Below are positions 50,015 to 59,440 of a stretch of 64,000 nucleotides of DNA, piece after piece. Origin of the DNA: Acidimicrobiia bacterium (GTDB lineage Bacteria; Actinomycetota; Acidimicrobiia; Spongiisociales; ZC4RG35); contig CBDFJY010000002.1 of the NCBI GenBank assembly GCA_965248705.1, positions 1,972,058 through 2,036,057 on the forward strand. The letters run 5' to 3'. The translations under genes and the position numbers were made by a program. Under the pieces are notes generated by a model. The model did no database searches. It was given only the letters and a program-made list of their open reading frames with translations, and was not told where the DNA came from. Each line of letters opens with the position of its first letter. Within the stretch, counting starts at the first letter, position 1.

Positions 50015-51739
50015 GTGAACACCGGCCCCACCTTGGACGGCGCCACGGTGGAGGTGATCCGTCACTATCTGAACTCTACGGCTGAGCAGATGCGCCGCAC
50101 CTTGGTGAGAACCGCTTTCAACCCGGTTATCTACGAGGTGCTGGATTTCGGTATCTCTATGTACGACCGGAACCGTCGGCTGATCTCAGAGTCGTCGGGG
50201 ATACTTTTCTTTCTGGGCGCCAACGACTTCGCGATTCATAGGGGTGTGGAAAAAGTGGGTGTTGAAAACCTTCATCCCGGTGATGTGGTGATACTCAACT
50301 ATCCCTATTGGAGCGGCGCCCACGCCGCCGACGCGATGATGTTTGCGCCGGTGTTTTGTGAGGGCAGTGAGTTGCCCGACGCCTATCTGGCGGTGCGGGC
50401 GCATTGGATGGATTTGGGCGCCAAGGATCCCGGCTATGTGCTGGATTCCACCTCCATACATCAGGAGGGTCTGATCCTGCCCGGCATAAAGTTGATCAAC
50501 CGCGGAGAGGTCGACCCGCAGATGATGGCCATCCTGCGATACAACTCGCGGCTGCCCGTGAACATCATGGGGGACTTCAATGCTCAGATAGCCGCGATGC
50601 GGGTGGGGGAGCGGCGGCTCCATCAGATTTGGGAGAAGTTCGGCCTGGCCAATGTGGATGGGGCGATTGATCGGATAATCGAGCATGGCGCGCAGACCGC
50701 GGCCGAGGCGGTGCGGGCCATGCCGGATGGGCAGTGGTCGGCCTATGACTGGCTGGATGATGATGGGATCTCATATGATCTGATCAGGATGGCGGTGACG
50801 GTGACTATCGAGGGGGAGAAGTTCACGGTGGACTTTGGCGACTCCGACGGGGCGGTGCCCGGGCCGGTGAACATGCCGTTTGGGTGTACGCTGAGCCTGG
50901 CCAAGAACGTTTTCAAGTCTCTCACAACTCCCAACACTCCTGCCAACCACGGCCATTACCAGCCGCTCGAGGTGATCTGCCCGCCCGGGAATCTTTTCCA
51001 TGCCGTGTATCCGTCCGCCACCTACACTCTTTGGACCGGCATGGCGGGCTTCGAGTTGATCAACAAGGCGCTCGCCCAGGGGATGGACCAGATCGCCGCC
51101 TGTTCCGGTTCCGACCTTCCGGGTTTCATGGCGGTGGGAACCCATCCCGACATCGGGGAGATGTACTTGGTCAGCAACAACGAGGGAATCGGCTGGGGCG
51201 CGACCCCCAATTACGACGGGGCCAACGCTCTGCAGCATCTCTCCACCACTGCGGTGAGAAACACGTCGATGGAGGTCTTGGAGCACAAGTCGCCGATCTT
51301 TCACGAGCGGCTGGAATTGCGTCAGGACTCGGGTGGGGCGGGACTCTGGCGGGGAGGTCTGGGAATCTGTCGGGAAGTGAAGTTCCTTGCCACCGGAGAG
51401 ATGCTGTCTATGAAGAAGAAGACCAAGACCAAGCCGTGGGCGCTGCGGGGTGGGCATGAGCCGGAGACCAACGCCATGATCGTCTGGCCCGACACCGACC
51501 GGGCTCATCGGGCGCGGATGGAGCGATTCACCATGCACCCCGGAGATCGGTTCCGCAACCTTTCAGGGGGCGGAGGAGGCTGGGGGGACCCCCTGGACCG
51601 GCCAATCGAGTTGGTGCAGCAAGACGTGGTGGACGGATATGTCTCGGTGGAGCAAGCGGAGAAAGCTTATGGAGTCAAAGTGGATGCGGATGGGACCGCC
51701 AATCCCACCGGGGCCCGTCTGGACCGCCCGTCGTCCTGA
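50015..51739 (+). CDS. hyuB: hydantoinase B / oxoprolinase family protein, tandem copy 3
   Basis: 574 aa, ~93% identical to copies 1/2. Confidence 0.85.
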   Translation: MNTGPTLDGATVEVIRHYLNSTAEQMRRTLVRTAFNPVIYEVLDFGISMYDRNRRLISESSGILFFLGANDFAIHRGVEKVGVENLHPGDVVILNYPYWSGAHAADAMMFAPVFCEGSELPDAYLAVRAHWMDLGAKDPGYVLDSTSIHQEGLILPGIKLINRGEVDPQMMAILRYNSRLPVNIMGDFNAQIAAMRVGERRLHQIWEKFGLANVDGAIDRIIEHGAQTAAEAVRAMPDGQWSAYDWLDDDGISYDLIRMAVTVTIEGEKFTVDFGDSDGAVPGPVNMPFGCTLSLAKNVFKSLTTPNTPANHGHYQPLEVICPPGNLFHAVYPSATYTLWTGMAGFELINKALAQGMDQIAACSGSDLPGFMAVGTHPDIGEMYLVSNNEGIGWGATPNYDGANALQHLSTTAVRNTSMEVLEHKSPIFHERLELRQDSGGAGLWRGGLGICREVKFLATGEMLSMKKKTKTKPWALRGGHEPETNAMIVWPDTDRAHRARMERFTMHPGDRFRNLSGGGGGWGDPLDRPIELVQQDVVDGYVSVEQAEKAYGVKVDADGTANPTGARLDRPSS

Positions 51740-51759
51740 ATGCTCAGGGGCTGAGGTGA

Positions 51760-51849
51760 ATGGGCCCCACCTTGGACGGCGCCACGGTGGAGGTGATCCG
51801 TCACTATCTCAACTCCACGGCTGAGCAGATGCGCCGCACCTTGGTGAGA
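51760..51849 (+). pseudogene. 5' fragment (codons 1-30) of a fourth hyuB copy, cut by an inserted cassette
   Basis: MGPTLDGATVEVIRHYLNSTAEQMRRTLVR matches the HyuB N-terminus, then diverges at 51850. Confidence 0.75.
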
Positions 51850-51959
51850 GCCGTTTCTTTTTGGATAGATGGTTGTTCCATCCCCGGCGCCCCGAAGGGT
51901 CTTGAACGCCTGTGCAACCCACCCTCAGGGTCCGCCCATGCGGTCGTTACGCCCCGTGA

Positions 51960-52415
51960 GTGCTCTTCCCCACCATGTTCGGCGCCGTTTGTGTGGCCGC
52001 ATGTATACTCTGCTGGGACATGGACATAGACAGGGAGCTAGTCGGCGAACCTGTAGTGCCTATGGACTATGTGGCTTTGGAGGGATACATGGCTGAACAC
52101 GCGGAGTTGCGTTGCACTCCGCCCTATGTCATTCTTCGGATAGTCGCGGATAGTGCAGGATTTGACTTCTCCATCAAACGGTTAGAGGAACCCGGCGTTG
52201 TTATAGGAGTAATGATCAGCCGGGAGGCATACTTGGTCAAAGAACTGGATAAGGGAACTCGGGTATTCGTGGGCGGCAAGGCGTATCCCCAGATGAGATC
52301 ATTGGGATTGTGGAGCGAAGACGACGACCATTTCCCGGGGGATATTGATATCCGGGAGGTCGAAATGTCCGCGTGTCGGGATGCCGCAAAGGAGTCCGAC
52401 TCCCCGTCACAATGA
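51960..52415 (+). CDS. small hypothetical protein (start uncertain: 51960, 52020 or 52062), first gene of inserted cassette
   Basis: 151-aa ORF in a locally lower-GC segment; stop overlaps transporter start (ATGA at 52412-52415); no recognizable motifs. Confidence 0.35.
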   Translation: MLFPTMFGAVCVAACILCWDMDIDRELVGEPVVPMDYVALEGYMAEHAELRCTPPYVILRIVADSAGFDFSIKRLEEPGVVIGVMISREAYLVKELDKGTRVFVGGKAYPQMRSLGLWSEDDDHFPGDIDIREVEMSACRDAAKESDSPSQ

Positions 52416-54178
52416 CCGGCGAAGGCATCATGGTAGTAGGGGTCCTCATCGGGATCGTGGTGATGTTCGTCTCCGAGAAATACCCGCTGGACATAGTGGC
52501 CATGCTGGGTCTCGGCGTGCTTCTGGTTCTCGGTTTGGTCACACTCCAAGAAGGACTCTCCGGTTTCAGCAACCCGGCTACGCTGACCGTGGGTTCCATG
52601 TTCGTGCTCAGCGCCGGGCTACAGAAAACGGGCGCCACCGTAACGGTTGGGCAGCTCATGGTGAGATTCAGCCGTAACCACTACACGGCGCTGGTGGTAA
52701 TCATGACAACGGTCACTGTCATGTCGGCCTTCGTGAACAACACGGCTGCGGTTGCCGTGTTCATTCCCTTGGTGACTATCCTCGCCGGCCGGCGTCGAAT
52801 ATCCGCGTCCAAACTCCTGATTCCCCTTTCTTACGCCTCCCAGTTCGGAGGCGCGTGCACCCTCATAGGCACTTCCACCAACCTGCTGGTCAGTTCAATT
52901 TCTGAACAGGCGGGCTACGGAGCGTTCAGTTTGTTCGAGTTCACTCGGATGGGACTGATTCTTTTCGTAGCCGGGATCGCCTATTTTCTGCTGTTCGGAC
53001 GGTGGTTGTTGCCCGACCGCCAAACACCGGAACTGTCGACCGCGTATCACCTGGGCGAATACATGACCGAACTGAGGGTGCTCCACGGGTCTCCGCTGGT
53101 AGGAAAGTCGGTGCTGGAAAGCAGGCTCGGGGAGGATCACGACATAACGGTTCTGCGGGTTCTCAACACCGGAGATAGCGCCTGGGCTCCCCTGGACCGG
53201 GTTCTCCAACCCGACGACGTGCTCTTGGTGCGCAGTTCGTTGCCCGACCTAATACGACTCCGAGGAACGATGGGCCTGCGGATAGACCCCGATTTCGAGC
53301 TCCGCGACGAGACCCTGCAAAGCGAGGACCTGCGCCTCGTCCAGGCCCTGGTGGCGCCCGACTCGAATCTTATTGGACGCACCCTCAAAGAAACCGATTT
53401 CCGCAACCACTACAAGGCACTGGTGCTGGCGATGCAACGCAAGGGCGAAGCGATCAATGACGAACTCAGTTCGGTCAAGATGTCCCTGGGAGACTCTCTG
53501 CTGATACAAACCCACGTATCACACATACTCAACCTGCGACGCGACGCCGATCTGATTGTTCTCAACGAGGTGCCCGGTAGCACCCTGCGGCAAAAAGCGC
53601 CACTGGCCATCGGGATTCTTGCATCGGTGGTGGGGATGGCCGCCTTTGATGTCCTCCCGATCCTGGTGGCCGCCCTGCTCGGTTGCGTGGCCCTGGTGAT
53701 GACCCGAATACTTAGACCGGAAGACGTCTACAACTCTATCAACTGGCAGGTCATATTCCTCTTGGCCGGAGTGCTTCCCTTGGGTATCGCCATGCATACC
53801 AGCGGAGCGGCCGGCGTCATTGCCGAACAGACAGTGTCGCTAGTGGGAGATATGGGTCCGGTGGCCATGCTGGCAGCTCTCTACCTACTGACGGCCATTA
53901 TGACCGAAGTCATGAGCAACGCCGCGGCGGCGGTGTTGCTGGCGCCCATAGCTATCTCCACCGCTGCTCAAATCGGAGTGGACCCCCAGCCCTTCTTGAT
54001 GGCCATAACGTTCGCCGCCTCCACCGGATTCTCCACACCGGTCGGTTATCAGACAAACATGATGATCTACAACCCCGGGGGATACAAATACACCGACTTT
54101 CTGCGGGCCGGAATGCCACTCAATATCATCTTCTGCATCCTGTCCGTTATCTTCATCCCCCGCATTTGGGCCTTCTGA
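52412..54178 (+). CDS. anion permease of the DASS/ArsB-NhaD superfamily with two central TrkA-C (RCK C-terminal) domains
   Basis: ~590 aa; hydrophobic N- and C-terminal halves (..SSINWQVIFLLAGVLPLG..) flanking two cytoplasmic TrkA-C-like segments (DITVLRVLNTGDSAW.., DLIVLNEVPGS..). Confidence 0.75.
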   Translation: MTGEGIMVVGVLIGIVVMFVSEKYPLDIVAMLGLGVLLVLGLVTLQEGLSGFSNPATLTVGSMFVLSAGLQKTGATVTVGQLMVRFSRNHYTALVVIMTTVTVMSAFVNNTAAVAVFIPLVTILAGRRRISASKLLIPLSYASQFGGACTLIGTSTNLLVSSISEQAGYGAFSLFEFTRMGLILFVAGIAYFLLFGRWLLPDRQTPELSTAYHLGEYMTELRVLHGSPLVGKSVLESRLGEDHDITVLRVLNTGDSAWAPLDRVLQPDDVLLVRSSLPDLIRLRGTMGLRIDPDFELRDETLQSEDLRLVQALVAPDSNLIGRTLKETDFRNHYKALVLAMQRKGEAINDELSSVKMSLGDSLLIQTHVSHILNLRRDADLIVLNEVPGSTLRQKAPLAIGILASVVGMAAFDVLPILVAALLGCVALVMTRILRPEDVYNSINWQVIFLLAGVLPLGIAMHTSGAAGVIAEQTVSLVGDMGPVAMLAALYLLTAIMTEVMSNAAAAVLLAPIAISTAAQIGVDPQPFLMAITFAASTGFSTPVGYQTNMMIYNPGGYKYTDFLRAGMPLNIIFCILSVIFIPRIWAF

Positions 54179-54990
54179 CCGCTTTCAACCCGGTTATCTA
54201 TCCCGGTGATGTGGTGTTGATCAATTATCCCTATTGGAGCGGCGCACACGCCGCCGACGCCATGATGTTCGCTCCGGTGTTCTGGGAGAGCAGTGAGTTG
54301 CCCGATGTTTATCTGGCGGTGCGGGCGCATTGGATGGACCAGATCGCCGCGTCCTCCGGTTCCGACCTTCCGGGGTTCATGGCGGTGGGGACGCATCCCG
54401 ACATCGGGGAGATGTACCTGGTCAGCAACAACGAGGGGATCGGCTGGGGCGCGACCCCCAATTACGACGGGGCCAACGCTCTGCAGCATCTCTCCACCAC
54501 TGCGGTGAGAAACACGTCGATGGAGGTCTTGGAGCACAAGTCGCCGATCTTTCACGAGCGGCTGGAGTTGCGTCAGGACTCGGGTGGGGCGGGACGCTGG
54601 GGGGGAGAGTTGGGAGTCTGTCGTCAGGTAAAATTCCTTGCCACAGGTTAAGTGTTATCTATGAAGAAGAAGACCAAGACCAAGCCGTGGGCGCTTTGGG
54701 GTGGGCATGAGCCGGAGACCAACGCCATGATCGTCTGGCCGAATACCGACCGGGCTCATCGGGCGCGGATGGAGCGATTCACCATGCACCCCGGAGACCG
54801 GTTCCACAACTTCTCGGCGGGTGGGGGAGGGTGGGGTGATCCGCTGGACCGGTCCATCGAGTTGGTGCTGCAAGACGTTCTGGACGAGTACGTGTCAGTG
54901 GAGCAGGCGGAAAAAGCTTATGGAGTCAAAGTGGAGGCGGACGGAAACGCCACTCCCACCCGGGCGCGTCTGGATCTTTCGCCATCCTGA
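54166..54990 (+). pseudogene. 3' portion of the fourth hyuB copy with two internal deletions and a frame break
   Basis: Resumes at TAFNPVIY immediately after the transporter stop; lacks ~170 bp and ~670 bp relative to copy 3; stop/frameshift at ~54650 (ORFs 54166-54651 and 54652-54990). Confidence 0.8.
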
Positions 54991-55003
54991 GGTTCGCCGG
55001 TCG

Positions 55004-57844
55004 ATGACTGCCTCCTCCATCCTCATCAGCGGGGCTCGGGAACACAATCTCAAAGACCTCACGGTTGAGCTTCCTCGGGATGCCCTGATCGTCCTGACCG
55101 GACTTTCGGGATCGGGCAAGTCCAGCCTGGCTTTCGACACCATCTACGCCGAGGGACAGCGCCGCTACGTCGAATCCCTCTCGGCCTACGCCCGTCAGTT
55201 TCTGGGCCAGATGGACAAACCCGACGTGGACTTCATCGAAGGGCTCTCGCCGGCCATCTCCATCGACCAGAAAACCGCGAGCCGCAACCCTCGCTCCACG
55301 GTGGGAACCGTGACCGAGGTTTACGATTACCTGCGATTACTGTTCGCCCGGATCGGCATTCCCCACTGCCCCAACGACGGCGAGGTGGTGAAACGCCAGA
55401 CCCCACAACAGATCGTGGATCGCATTTTAGAGTTGGAGGAAGGCGTCCGGTTCATGGTGCTGTCGCCGGTGGTGGAGGGGCGGAAGGGCGAGTACCAGGC
55501 GCTCTTCAAGGACCTGCTCCGCCAGGGCTACAGCCGGGCGCGGATCGACGGTGAGGTGCGCTCATTCGATGAGGAGATCAGGCTGGATCGTTACTACCAG
55601 CACACCATCGAGGTGGTGGTGGACCGGCTGGTGCGGCGGGAGGGAATAGAGGACCGGCTGACCCAGTCCATCGAAACCGCCCTGGGGCTGGCGGAGGGCC
55701 AGGCCATGGTGGATGTTATTGATGGTCCCACCCTCACCTTCAGCCAGCATCTGGCCTGTGATCGCTGTGGGCTGTCCTTCTCCGAGCTCGCCCCGCGCAA
55801 TTTCTCTTTCAACAGCCCTTACGGGGCCTGTTCGACTTGCGTGGGGATCGGGGCCCGCTACCAGGTGGCCGAGGATTTGGTGGTGCCCAACGATCGATTG
55901 AGCGTGGCGGCGGGAGCGATCGCTCCCTGGGCGTACCAGTTCAGCGGCTACTACACCCGGCTTCTGGACGCCCTCTCCGAGGATATGGAGTTCAGCCTGC
56001 AAACCCCTTGGCGTGAGCTTCCCGATCCGGTGCGACGGGAAATCCTGTATGGGAGTTCCGGCCGGCAGCTCCGGGTGAGCTATCGCAACCGCCGGGGCAG
56101 GCGCCGGGTTTGGAATACCCGCTATGAGGGGGTAATCCCCCAGTTGCAGCGGCGGCATCGGGAGACCGGTTCCGACTCCGCACGGGATACCTATCGCCAA
56201 TTTATGCGACAAGTCCCCTGTGACGACTGCGGCGGCGCTCGGCTGAGCGAGATCTCCCGGGCCGTGACGGTGGGGGGTGTGAACATTCACTATCTGTCCC
56301 AGCTTTCCCTGGGAGAGGTGCTTGACTTTGTCGACCAACTCCAACTCACCGACCGGGAGACAACCATCGCTGAGCGGGTGCTCAAAGAGATTCGCGCCCG
56401 GATCTCTTTCCTCCTGGATGTGGGGCTCGACTATCTCACTCTGGGGAGATCGGCGGCCACCCTGGCCGGGGGAGAGGCGCAGCGGATCAGGCTCGCCACC
56501 CAGATCGGTTCGGGGCTGGTGGGGGTGCTCTACATCCTCGACGAGCCGTCTATCGGCCTTCACCAGCGCGACAATCAACGGCTAATCGAGACTCTCACCC
56601 GGTTGCGGGACTTGGGCAACACCCTGTTGGTGGTGGAGCACGACGAAGAGACCATCCGCTCGGCTGACCATGTGGTGGATATCGGTCCGGGAGCGGGGGA
56701 ACACGGAGGGTGGATCGTGGCGCAGGGAACGGTGGAAACAATCTGTCGGGAGCGAACGTCCATCACCGGCGACTACTTGTCGGGACGGCGGGTGATTCCC
56801 GTTCCTGCGGCCCGTCGGGAGGGCAACGGCAAGCACATCCGCATACTGGGCGCCGCCGAGCACAACCTGGACGGGTTGGACGTGGACTTCCCGCTGGGAA
56901 AGCTGGTCTGTGTGACCGGCGTCTCGGGGAGCGGTAAGTCCACTCTGGTGGAGGACATCCTCTTCCGGGCGCTCCTGCGCGCCATCTACCGCTCCCGGGT
57001 GCTGCCCGGACGCCACCGGGAGATAGAGGGGATAGAGCATGTCGACAAGGTCATCAACATCGACCAGTCACCGATCGGACGCACTCCCCGTTCCAATCCG
57101 GCCACCTATACCAAGGTTTTCGACCACATCCGGACGCTTTTCTCCAAGGTTCCCGAGTCCCAGGCGCGGGGGTACAAGCCGGGGAGGTTTTCTTTCAACG
57201 TGACCGGAGGGCGCTGTGAGGAGTGTCGGGGTGACGGAACCATCAAGATCGAGATGCATTTTCTGCCCGATGTCTATGTCCCCTGCGATCAGTGCCGGGG
57301 GAGGAGATACAATCGGGAAACTCTGCAAATACTCTGGAAGGGCCAGAGCATCGCCGACGTGCTGGAGATGTCGGTCTCCCAGGCGTTGGAGCTTTTTACC
57401 CACCTTCCGCCCATCGCCCTCACCCTGCAAACTCTCAGCGACGTGGGATTGGGCTATGTCCGCCTCGGTCAGGCCGCCACCACCCTCTCGGGAGGGGAGG
57501 CGCAGCGGGTCAAGCTGGCTTCCGAGCTGCGCAAGCGGTCCACCGGGCGCACCATGTACATCTTGGACGAGCCCACCACCGGGCTGCACTTCGAGGACAT
57601 CCGGCGCCTGCTGGGGGTTTTGCACCGCCTGGTGGATGGGGGCAACACGGTGGTGGTGATCGAGCACAACCTGGATGTGATCAAATCGGCGGATTACCTG
57701 ATTGACTTGGGTCCGGAGGGCGGCAACGGGGGAGGGCGGATAGTGGCGACCGGGTCTCCCGAAGAGGTGGCCGCCAACCCGGAAAGCTACACCGGCCACT
57801 ACCTGGAGAGGGTGCTGGCCACCAGCGGCGACTCCCCCCGGTAG
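55004..57844 (+). CDS. uvrA: excinuclease ABC subunit A
   Basis: [14 protein letters not shown] start, two ABC ATPase modules ([14 protein letters not shown]; [11 protein letters not shown]), zinc-finger Cys clusters; start at 55004 rather than the ORF-track 54821. Confidence 0.9.
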   Translation: MTASSILISGAREHNLKDLTVELPRDALIVLTGLSGSGKSSLAFDTIYAEGQRRYVESLSAYARQFLGQMDKPDVDFIEGLSPAISIDQKTASRNPRSTVGTVTEVYDYLRLLFARIGIPHCPNDGEVVKRQTPQQIVDRILELEEGVRFMVLSPVVEGRKGEYQALFKDLLRQGYSRARIDGEVRSFDEEIRLDRYYQHTIEVVVDRLVRREGIEDRLTQSIETALGLAEGQAMVDVIDGPTLTFSQHLACDRCGLSFSELAPRNFSFNSPYGACSTCVGIGARYQVAEDLVVPNDRLSVAAGAIAPWAYQFSGYYTRLLDALSEDMEFSLQTPWRELPDPVRREILYGSSGRQLRVSYRNRRGRRRVWNTRYEGVIPQLQRRHRETGSDSARDTYRQFMRQVPCDDCGGARLSEISRAVTVGGVNIHYLSQLSLGEVLDFVDQLQLTDRETTIAERVLKEIRARISFLLDVGLDYLTLGRSAATLAGGEAQRIRLATQIGSGLVGVLYILDEPSIGLHQRDNQRLIETLTRLRDLGNTLLVVEHDEETIRSADHVVDIGPGAGEHGGWIVAQGTVETICRERTSITGDYLSGRRVIPVPAARREGNGKHIRILGAAEHNLDGLDVDFPLGKLVCVTGVSGSGKSTLVEDILFRALLRAIYRSRVLPGRHREIEGIEHVDKVINIDQSPIGRTPRSNPATYTKVFDHIRTLFSKVPESQARGYKPGRFSFNVTGGRCEECRGDGTIKIEMHFLPDVYVPCDQCRGRRYNRETLQILWKGQSIADVLEMSVSQALELFTHLPPIALTLQTLSDVGLGYVRLGQAATTLSGGEAQRVKLASELRKRSTGRTMYILDEPTTGLHFEDIRRLLGVLHRLVDGGNTVVVIEHNLDVIKSADYLIDLGPEGGNGGGRIVATGSPEEVAANPESYTGHYLERVLATSGDSPR

Positions 57845-57864
57845 GCTCGCCCCGTTTCCGAGGC

Positions 57865-59199
57865 TCAGTGCCAGGATATGTGCGCGACAGTTGTGGTGGT
57901 TGCGTAGTAGACGCCGTGGTTTCCATCGGGGGTCAGGAACATGCCGTTGGCTACCGAAGATCCAGTCGGGGCTCGATCGACCAAGCCGCCGGTGGTGATG
58001 TCGACGATGACGATGTCATCGCTGCCCGCCTCGGTGTAGTCGTTGATAGCCAGTTCGCCTGATTCGGGAAAGACGACGGGCTGCATGGTCGGTCGAATAT
58101 CGAGACGCCAGACGATGTCGAGGCGGTCGTCGCTGGTATCGATACCCGCCAGTCCTCCGTTGATGGAGTCCCAGGCAATGGCCATTCGATGTTCGGCGAT
58201 GTGGACGGGCGGGGCGATGATGCCACCGCCGGGTGTGCCGAACGGCTCGATACGGCTGATGTCGGCCGGGTCGTCGAGCCCGAAGCGCATCAGACTCATG
58301 GCGCCGCTCCACGGGGCGGGACGCCGCCATGACAGACCGCGGCCGGGAGGGATGGTGAAGCGGCCGTTGGGCTGGGTGTTGTGGATGAGTCGTACCGATT
58401 CGATGTCACCGCAGTCCATGATCCAGCAGGCTCCGTCGGATAGGCAAGCGTCCCAGGCCAGGCCCCAGGTGTCGTGGGGAGTGCGGTAGCGTGGTCGCCA
58501 TTCGGCGACCACGAGGCTGTCCTGTTGGGCTTCGATACGCCAAAGGTGCTCGGTGCCCGGAACGTAGATGTGCTCGTTGCCAGCCGAATCCAAGTCCGCG
58601 GCTATGCGCCCCATGGACCCTTCGGGCAGGACGAGCGGTTCGTGCACCAACTCCAAAGTGTCGGGGTGCAGGCGCGTGATGGTGGTGCCGCCTTGACCCT
58701 CGAGGCGCAGATCCTTGGTGATCAGGGTCCCGTCGGACAACGCCAGGAGCCCGTTGTGGCTGCGGTCGACCGGAAGCCGCCGTTCGGCCAACACCGTGAG
58801 GTCGTCGGGATCCAGTCGGTGCAGGTAGGAACCGTTAACCGACATGATCGAACCGTTGGCGTGAGCGAGGATGGCGCCGCACCAGACATGTTCGCCACAT
58901 GGCAACTGGGGTGAGGACGCCAACGGCTGGAGGGTTTCGGGATGGATTCGCTCCACCCAGCCGAACGGCGCCGGCCCACTGAACGCGGGCATCGTGCCGC
59001 CCAGATACCACTGGCCCGGGTCGCGCCTAACCACCATGACATTCCAACGCCCGTTGCGACGAGTCACGACCCGCGCCGCGCCCGACGCGGCGTCGAGTCG
59101 ACCCGAAGCCGCTTTCTGACGCCGGTTTCCGCCACATTCCACAGGCCAAGGCGACCGCCAATACCCCGTTTGCGCGCCCGCTCGATCGAGTTCTGTCAT
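57865..59199 (-). CDS. hypothetical protein (possibly beta-propeller fold)
   Basis: 444-aa ORF with coding-like composition between uvrA and uvrC; no motifs recognized. Confidence 0.45.
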   Translation of the reverse strand: MTELDRAGAQTGYWRSPWPVECGGNRRQKAASGRLDAASGAARVVTRRNGRWNVMVVRRDPGQWYLGGTMPAFSGPAPFGWVERIHPETLQPLASSPQLPCGEHVWCGAILAHANGSIMSVNGSYLHRLDPDDLTVLAERRLPVDRSHNGLLALSDGTLITKDLRLEGQGGTTITRLHPDTLELVHEPLVLPEGSMGRIAADLDSAGNEHIYVPGTEHLWRIEAQQDSLVVAEWRPRYRTPHDTWGLAWDACLSDGACWIMDCGDIESVRLIHNTQPNGRFTIPPGRGLSWRRPAPWSGAMSLMRFGLDDPADISRIEPFGTPGGGIIAPPVHIAEHRMAIAWDSINGGLAGIDTSDDRLDIVWRLDIRPTMQPVVFPESGELAINDYTEAGSDDIVIVDITTGGLVDRAPTGSSVANGMFLTPDGNHGVYYATTTTVAHISWH

Positions 59200-59440
59200 C
59201 GTGTGATCACCTCCCAGATGCTATCCGACGCTTTCGTTCATGTCTAGACTGACGGGCAGTGCACCCGAATGTCATCGAGTCGGCTGATCGTTCGATCTGC
59301 TTCGACCCAGGGAGCGGCGGCGACGACGACCACCGAGTCTTCCAGAGAGAGGCCGCCGACCGGGCGAGTCACACCGGCCACTTTTCCGGAGAGGGTGGTG
59401 GCCGCCTGCGGCGATTTCGCCGGTTAGCCTGAGGCACGGG

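Noticed and set aside
46531-51756. Possibility that the 1742-bp repeats are a CRISPR-like or IS array
   Set aside because: Each unit is a full protein-coding hyuB gene with RBS. There are no short direct repeats/spacers, no cas genes and no transposase.
54821-55003. Upstream extension of uvrA overlapping the hyuB remnant
   Set aside because: UvrA proteins begin at the conserved [11 protein letters not shown] segment. The extension is simply read-through of the pseudogene region.
55562-56578. 338-aa minus-strand ORF inside uvrA
   Set aside because: Antisense to uvrA, which is unambiguous.
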